Part shown: positions 56,506 through 64,000 of the stretch, one piece after another
Layout of the letters: every line of letters begins with the position of its first letter
How positions within the stretch are numbered: the stretch's first letter is position 1
Assembly: GCA_951406725.2 (NCBI GenBank)
Contig: OX597817.1
Location: 141,918,001-141,982,000 of the forward strand
Source of the DNA: Octopus vulgaris
Lineage: Eukaryota
DNA length: 64,000 nucleotides
Reading direction: 5' to 3'
Made by a program: the position numbers and the translations under genes
The notes under the pieces: generated by a model
Database searches by the model: none
What the model was told of the DNA's origin: nothing
What the model saw: the letters and a program-made list of their open reading frames with translations, nothing else

Positions 56506-56659
56506 AATTACTATCGAGGAAGCGATCAGAAATTTTCTAATCGTAATATAGTCTAAAGTTCAGAACTATTAATCCGTCTGTTAATCACCATCAGAACGGT
56601 TGTCCAAAAACCAAATCTGCTGAGCAACTTTACAGAAATTTTGTGAAAAAAAGTAGTAT

Positions 56660-56890
56660 TACCAGAGATACCGAAGAAGCCTTTGACCAAGTCTAGTATG
56701 CAAACAAGGAATAGAAGCTCTCAGCTTATGAACTCCATCTGTCTTGTAGCCTCTTGTATCATTGGTTTCCTGTCCGATAGGCTCATGCTGCAATTATGCA
56801 AGGTGACTTACCTCTATCTCTCACATTTAGTGAGCTAAAGCATTCGACTCTGATCTCCAAACTCTTCCTCCATACATCAACATCCTGCTC
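56660..56890 (+). pseudogene. Ancient LINE RT fragment (CR1/Jockey-like)
   Basis: DTEEAFDQV*Y...KLSAYELH...GFLSDR resembles the D..KAFD.VW...KL..YG...FLSDR region. Confidence 0.5.
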
Positions 56891-58849
56891 GTCAATTAAG
56901 TACAAGTGTGATATACACTTGGAGAATTGTGATTCTGTCAGTGTTATTGTTGAAAAGTGCATTTAGTACGAAAAGTAAAAGCATAAATGAACAAGAGCGC
57001 ACAGAGAGCGCAAACCTCTGCCAAAGCAACACCAACGTCCTGATTTCTTTTATTAGGCACAAGGCATCTATAGAGATGGGACAACACAAAAACAGTCAAA
57101 ATAATACAATGGGGTAAAAACACATATCGTGTGAAATTATGGATACAATGAAAAATGAGTATGGAATGATTTACCTGCTCTCATAAACAGGTAGTTTCAT
57201 TTTACTTTTTTTCAATAAAGTTTTACTCACAGTCCGATGTCCTCTCTTGTATCAGTTGGTTTTCCTTTTTTCCTTTTTTAAAACAAAATTAGCACAAAAC
57301 CACTATATACACCATTATAATCCAATAAATCTTCGAATGCCACCACCGGCGGCAACACATCGAAACGAAACTGTACCATTGTCACTTCTATCTTTTTCTC
57401 CAAACAATTCATTCAACCTTTCTCCTCTTTCTCTTTCCAGCAGAACAGCTTTCATATCTTCATTGTATTCTATGGGTGACAATTTAATCCTAATTACGTT
57501 CTTCATCTTCGCAATCTTTTTTTCTATCTCTACACTGTTTGGGTATTGTATCACAGTTACTGAATATAAATCTGGCATACCATTTTATGCAATTTGGCTA
57601 ATGAGTAAAAGGACTTAACACATAAAGCGCGACGGGCCACGATAGTGACCGTCAGGCACAGTTCGACAAGCCACGTTTGTGGCCCAGATAGATGCATTTA
57701 ATTTATGTTTGTTGGGGTCTAATGTCACTCAAACGTTCCGATAGCCCTCCCCGCCCCCAGAATGAAGGAGGAGTAATAGTTCAACTAATGACTTTTCCTA
57801 TGATGTAAAACTTGCCCCCTTATATAACTAAGAAGATATTTTAACTATATTTTGTTTTTTATGTGTGCGTGGTAATCTCATTTTTATAAATTGTGCTCAG
57901 CAGTCCGTGCTATGTAAATGCAAATCCCAGCGTTCTATGGGTTAATGACATGGTGTATGTTTTAATTTTGTGACTAATGGGGTCAGATCAGACGTCGAAC
58001 TTAATACATAGCTCTTACTCTGATGATCTACTTGTATAATATTCATGTAAACAAAGCAGTGGTGCCATAATTTATAACTTGATTATGTAGAAGGATATCA
58101 AAGCAGGAACCGGAGTTAAACTTGTATTACGGTATCGATCAGTCTATCAGATGTTGTTATACATCGCTAGTCACAATACACTCCGCATTGTTTTAGCTTT
58201 CGAATGATGCCACACCCTCTGGCTAGGTGAGCACAGCCAAATTCTCTCCTGATGGGAATGGTTACCCATTTACGTCTGAATGGGACTGGTGCAAATTGAA
58301 ATGAAATGTTTTGCTCAAGAAAACAACGTGCAGTTGGACTGAAAATCGAAACCACGAACTTACGATTGTGTGTCCAACGCCCCTAACCATTAGTCCACGT
58401 GCCTTCACAATAACTCACATACTTCCCATTATTAAGTAAATTGCATATTTAATATAACGTAATAACTTTTCAATTTTTGTCAGAGGTGCAGTGAGTCTCT
58501 GTAGTTGACAAGGAGGATTCAAGTCTTCGATTAACTCAATTATCTGCTCAGGAATTAATGAGTAATTGGTCAAGCATTACAGAGACACGTATCGTTAACC
58601 CAATTTTCAGGTAGAATCAGTGTAACATGTTTTCTGCGACAAGGCTGTACCTTTTGAATTGGCGATACAATCCAAACGTAGAGCTTCATAGCAGTTTCCT
58701 AATTTCAGTCATAAGGTATGGGTCTACCCGAGCCTATAGAAAATACCATTTTCTCAAGATGACACACAGCTGGCCTGAACCCAGACACTTGTACTTGCGA
58801 AGCAAATTTCTTAATTATTCAATCATACTGCGTCTACCTGCTTTAGTAG

Positions 58850-59160
58850 GAGCACTCCGTCGGTTGCGACGATGAGGGTACCAGCTGATACGATCAACGG
58901 AACAGCTTGCTCGTGAAATTAACGTGCAAATGGCTGAGCATTCCACAAACACGTGTACTCTTAACGTTGTTCTCGGGGAGATTCAGCGTGACACAGAGTG
59001 TGACAAGGCTGATCCTTTCAAATACAGGTACTACTCATTTTTTGCCAGCTGAGTGGACTGGAGTAACGTGAAATGAAGTGTCTTGCTCAAGGACACAACG
59101 TGCCGCCGGAAATTGAACTCACGACCTGACGATCATTAGCCGCATGCCGCTAACCACTAA
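58850..59160 (-). mobile_element. SINE family D copy (partial copy also at ~58260-58405)
   Basis: Reverse complement of 51590-51903. Confidence 0.8.
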
Positions 59161-59517
59161 GGCTTTAGTGGTTTTTCGTATGATAGCTACTTTTGGACGA
59201 CTTGATAAATACGCATTCGTAATATTTGTTCATTGACAAAACGGTTTCAATTGCCTGTTGAATCGGTTTAGCCTTCAGGGGCATCAGGGCTGCGGAGAAA
59301 CTGTGTCAAATGATACCAGTCCATTCCATACCGCGTTTTTAATATAAATCTTATGAAACTATTCCCTTTGTGTATGTTGAGTAATTTACTGGAAGACGTC
59401 ACTCCAGATATGTCGGTCACCTTATAAAAATTAAATCAGATTTAAACTCATGATGATTTCTGTGATGGTAAATGGAGGTGGAACAATTTTAATGCTGATA
59501 TATATTATGCAGCCTTA

Positions 59518-60190
59518 AGCTTAGCGGCGTTTTGTCTGTCTTCACGTTCTGAGTTCAAATTCCGCTGATGTTCACTTTCGGGGGTTGATAAAAAGAGTAC
59601 CGGTTTATCACTGAGCTCTATGTAATCGACTTATCCCCCTCCCCTGAACGTGCTGGCCTTGTGCCAAAATTTGAAATCATTATATGATGCCCACCTTAAG
59701 GTGGCGAACTAGACGAATCATTAGCACGCTGAACAAAGTGCTTAGTGACATTTCGTAGGTCATTACTTTCTGAGTTCAAATTCCGCCGAGGTCAACTTTG
59801 CTTTGCATCCTGTCGAGACCGATAAAATAAGTACCAGTTGATCACTAGGGTTGATTTAATCGACATAAACCCTTCCCCGGAATTGCTGACCTAATGTCAA
59901 CGATATAAACTCATACATCATATTGTTGCAGTTAAACCTCTTCCCATACTTCATTAAATTCCATAAGTTACAAATAGTAAGGAAGTGAGGTGGTAGAATG
60001 AGTAGCGCGTGCGACAAAACGAACAGCGTCATTTCTTCCGGCTTTTTACGTTTAAATCCTGCCGAGTTCGCATTTGCCTGTCATCCCTTTGGAATCGATA
60101 AACAATAAAATAAGCGCCAGTTAAGCAAAGGGATCGATGTAATCGACTTGAGCCACCTCTCAAGATAGCTGGCCTTGAGCCAAAATGAGA
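59518..60190 (+). mobile_element. Three decayed SINE family B copies
   Basis: cgttctgagttcaaattccg...gtcgataaaataagtaccagtt...gtaatcgactt motifs at ~59520, ~59700 and ~59990. Confidence 0.7.
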
Positions 60191-62604
60191 ACTAATAATT
60201 AGCTGATAATATTTCCAGATGAACCCAGTATCCTCAACGATTTCTAGCGATGTCTCTGATAAAATGACAAAGCATTAACATAATTAATCTTGTTGAGTAA
60301 TGAAAAAAAATTAGAGAAGAATTACGTTATACTTATTACTACGCCACTATGTTCCGAGCAGGACTCTATGAGAGGGAAATTTCACAGCGGTGAAGCGATT
60401 TTAATTAATTTGGTTTTTAGAAATAAATTCTGTTCTATCTTTGGAATGTATAGCAACCTGGAGTGAAATTGTGCTCTGCTTCTACATAACTTTGTTTCGA
60501 TATAATGCTGACAGTTGTAGAGCAGTTCGGAAGTTTGCACAAACCATTAACTTTTTTATGCTTCAGAAAAAAACTGACTATTCAGCGAGTATATGCAATA
60601 TACTAATATTTCTCGTTTTGTTATTTTATTTTATTTTACAGTATATAATATAATCAATTGAAGAGAAGAAACAGCCATCAGTATGTGACTGTGCAACAGA
60701 GCAGAGTAGATAAAAAGAAAAAAAGCCGATTAGGAACACATGTTGGAAGAAGCAAAGAACATGTTTATAAAATCTCCGATTGAAAGTGATAAATCCGCTT
60801 CGTATATGTATTAGCTCAGCTAAAAAAGCAAAACGGCTTTGTGTAATATACAACCTCTCCGTCAATATTTATAGTATGAATGACGTTTTGATTGTAAAAG
60901 AATATTTTATTAAGCGCTTAGAATAAAAGCAGAGAAAGAAAAAAAAAACATATTTGCATCATTCGTTGTGCTGTTAATCTGGTAAGATGTATTGGTTCTG
61001 TTAGAAAATGTAATAATTATACACGTGTACAAGCAATCACATTAACATCTGTTGTCATTTTGATCGACAGAGAATAAATAAATATCGAAAAACTGAATAA
61101 AGAATATGAAACTTTCCCTTACCAATTAATAATGTCTAACAGCATGCTTAACCAAGTGTAGAAAATTAGTTTTATATTCAGGAATAATTCTATAGAAGCT
61201 TGTTGAATATTTCGTTCTCGCTACAATAGCTACAACATTCTGGTGTTACTTCAGAATAGAGTAACATTGATCAGACCTCGGCTTTATTATGCATAGATAG
61301 TAAAAATAATAATATACAATCACTGCAAACTGTATTCTGAAGAAAGTATCCGTTATTTGTTATGATTTTACAGGCCATTATTCTCAGCTCAATAGACCTA
61401 CAGTGTTTTAAACCTCAATACAGTCTAGAAATATTCTGTTTTATTTCGTGTTCATTTTATTGAGACAAAACAGCATTTCCATTTAAATGATAACAGCATT
61501 CACTTTTGTTATGTATGAAGTGTTTTTTTAACGGGGTTCTCCTTCAGGGAATATGTTTATAATATTTTAGAATCCGGTTTCTCGGTTGAGTAAAAGTATA
61601 TTTAGCAGGCATAAGACATAGAAATGTGAGAATAGTTAAAGCTATAGGAATTAAGATTCACAAAAGAAAAAGAAAAAAATCTTCTCGCTGATCGGAGAAG
61701 CCGTGGAAGAGTTTGATCAGTACAACTGCTGAGAAGAGTCAAAGATCCATGTAGCAAATGCTTCTAAGTCGACAGAATGAGGAAGATAAGTAGATAGATA
61801 GATAGATAGATAGGGAGAAAGAGGGATTGTACTGTCATTTTCGCTGTATCTACCCTCTTTACTAATGTTTGCTGACATCAAACATTCCCTGGTTTCTTCA
61901 GTTTATGGCCAATATCCTTACTGACCAGTTGACTTGCAAGCGAAGAAAAGCCTGCTCTGTTATTTCGACTACAAGATCTGGAATATAACATCGCCATCTC
62001 AAATCAATAAATAAGCAGATAATTTCCGTTTTAGTTCTGTCATTAGTCTTCTATAGTGATTCTGATATACAACACTGCTCGATGGCTATAAAACAGCATT
62101 ATATTTTCCAATAGCACCAATTTACAATTAGCAGAATTAAGTCGAAATCCTCATTGAAACTTAAGTGATTTCTGTATTTTTTTCTAAATGCACTGAAGTC
62201 ATAAAATTCATGCGATTTCAAATCTTTTCTTTAATACATTTTAGGTTGCCGATTCCGATAAAGAACCAAAACAAAACAGAACAAAAGAACAGAAAAAACA
62301 TAATTAGTCAATGACATATCACTTAATTAAAGTGCATAAAATTTGCTTGAAACAAGTTTATGAAAATTTAATCAAATGAAAATACCATCGTACATACGGA
62401 AATAATCCAGCTATGACACATACATCAATAAAGGCTCGTTAAAGATGGGTTGACAAGATACGTTATGTGATGACTTTAGGTTCGGTGAATTGCAATGGCA
62501 GGGAGTACACGTGTTTTTACAGCATTAATTGTCAAGAAAGAGGAAACGATTCAATTGTCCACAAAATACACATCACTGATTTCAGATCATAGAAAGTGCG
62601 ATTT

Positions 62605-63115
62605 CCGTAAATCCTCGTGTATAATCCGCATTTTCCCTCGAAATTTAAAGGTGAAAATCCCTAGTGCGTACTATAAACGAGGTTAAAAATGAAAAATATT
62701 TTCTAAGCAATGTCCGAGTCTCTATTTGCTGTCCGGCAATGTTTATTCAGACACATTTTGTGATGCCGGGCGCGAAAATACCTTAAGCTAAGCCTAAAAG
62801 CAATGAAGTCATAAAAGAATCATCCATAACTTGCAGTAAGCAACATTTATTAAACGTTATTACTGTTATTTCTTTATTTTATGCAAACAAAATGCACAAA
62901 AAAGCTACACGTTTGCATTATGTTATATATACAATAATAATAAAGGACGTTAACGTATACATTTTTACAAACCAAGGACGTTATATAGTCTTCCTTGACT
63001 CAAGTTAGATAAGGGGTGCGTATTATACACAAGGTTTAAGTTTTTCAGAGGTACAGCCCCCTAAAAATCCCTTGCATATTATACTCAAGGGCGGACTATA
63101 CTCGAGGATTTACGG
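62605..63115. mobile_element. Tc2/pogo-like MITE (CCGTA termini)
   Basis: TIRs ccgtaaatcctcgtgtataatccgc (62605-) and gcggactatactcgaggatttacgg (-63115) followed by TA; internal subterminal gtgcgta.tata.ac repeats. Confidence 0.75.
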
Positions 63116-63250
63116 TATTCAAGACAATAAGTTTTGATAAAATCCTAGTTGTTACATCTTTTATTCGTTTCAGTCATTTTAATGTGGCCATACTGGGGCA
63201 CAACTTTGAGGAATTTTTAGTTGAATGTATCAACAACATTACATTTTTAA

Positions 63251-63562
63251 GTGTGGAGGCACATGGCCTAGTGGATAGAGCAGCGGACTCGCGGTCGAGG
63301 GATCGCGGGTTCAAATCTCAGACCGGGCGATGTGTTTATTTATGAGCGAAACACCTAAGCTACACTCGGCTCCGGCAGAAAGTAGTGGCGAATTTCTGCT
63401 GACTCTTTCGCCACAACTTTCCCTCACTCTTTCCTCCTGCATCTTGCAGCTCACCTACGACGAACTGGCGTCTCGTTCAGGTGGGGAACCTATACGCCAA
63501 AGAAATCGGTAAACCGGCCCTTATGAGCAAGGGATGGATCGAGAAGGAACAAACAAACAAAA
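63251..63562 (+). mobile_element. tRNA-derived SINE family C, full length
   Basis: gtgtggaggcacatggcctagtggatagagcagcggactcgcggtcgagggatcgcgggttcaaatctc head, homologous to 755-925; (aaac)n tail. Confidence 0.8.
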
Positions 63563-64000
63563 CATTTATAAGTATTTTACTTCTATCAGTTTCTTGCCGA
63601 ACTGTTAGATTATGGGCACGTAACCACAACAATACTGGTTGTGGGACAAACAGACACAACACTCATACACTCACATACACACCAGATACATATACACACA
63701 TAAACAATTATGTGTGTGTGTGTGTGAGTGTGTGTCCTACCAGTTGGATCGGCTTGAAGATTCGGTCTTGCGATTATTTCCTTCGAAATTTTGATCAGAC
63801 GTCCATAGTATTGGACTCTGACCTCTCAATGGGGAAAAACAGCAAATACCAAAATTTAGAATTGAAATGACAACTGAATCTTTGAAAGTTCTTTTATTCG
63901 TTTTTCTTGTGTTGTTTTATATTTTTCCTTTACAAAATCATACACGAAACAAATGACTAAATATGTCATATTTCACAGCAGTATAGCGTGGCACTCCGAC

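Noticed and set aside
57315-57578. 87-aa minus-strand ORF of ordinary composition
   Set aside because: No recognisable domain or exon context; compatible with chance.
63251-63330. tRNA-like sequence (also 755-830 and other SINE heads)
   Set aside because: Runs directly into SINE body sequence and lacks a clean cloverleaf and terminator; not called as a tRNA gene.

Overview
AT-rich, microsatellite-dense animal genomic DNA with no convincing host protein-coding gene. The tRNA-derived SINE families and repeat landscape suggest an octopus or other coleoid cephalopod (inferred, not database-checked). The window consists largely of transposon copies and remnants. It holds a near-complete frameshifted mariner (1180-2471), a 5'-truncated CR1-group LINE (~3090-6622), and fragments of RTE, Tx1/L1, R4/Dong (three), Penelope RT and an older mariner. 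It also holds Tigger/pogo-type MITEs and many SINE copies from four families. Four observations stand out. (1) A 2.3-kb ORF1-only Tx1/L1-like element sits in the tRNA-like head of a SINE with a 12-bp TSD. (2) Tandem SINE arrays have units that start at one fixed site and a tail resembling a Tx1-like LINE 3' end, suggesting a SINE-head-targeting retrotransposition system. (3) A CR1-group LINE and a SINE family share a 3' hairpin with covarying stems. (4) At least three unrelated non-coding fold-back elements each carry a hammerhead ribozyme core (Penelope-like/retrozyme-like). Most entries in the supplied ORF track are microsatellite artefacts. Boundaries were read by eye and are approximate unless TIR/TSD coordinates are given.
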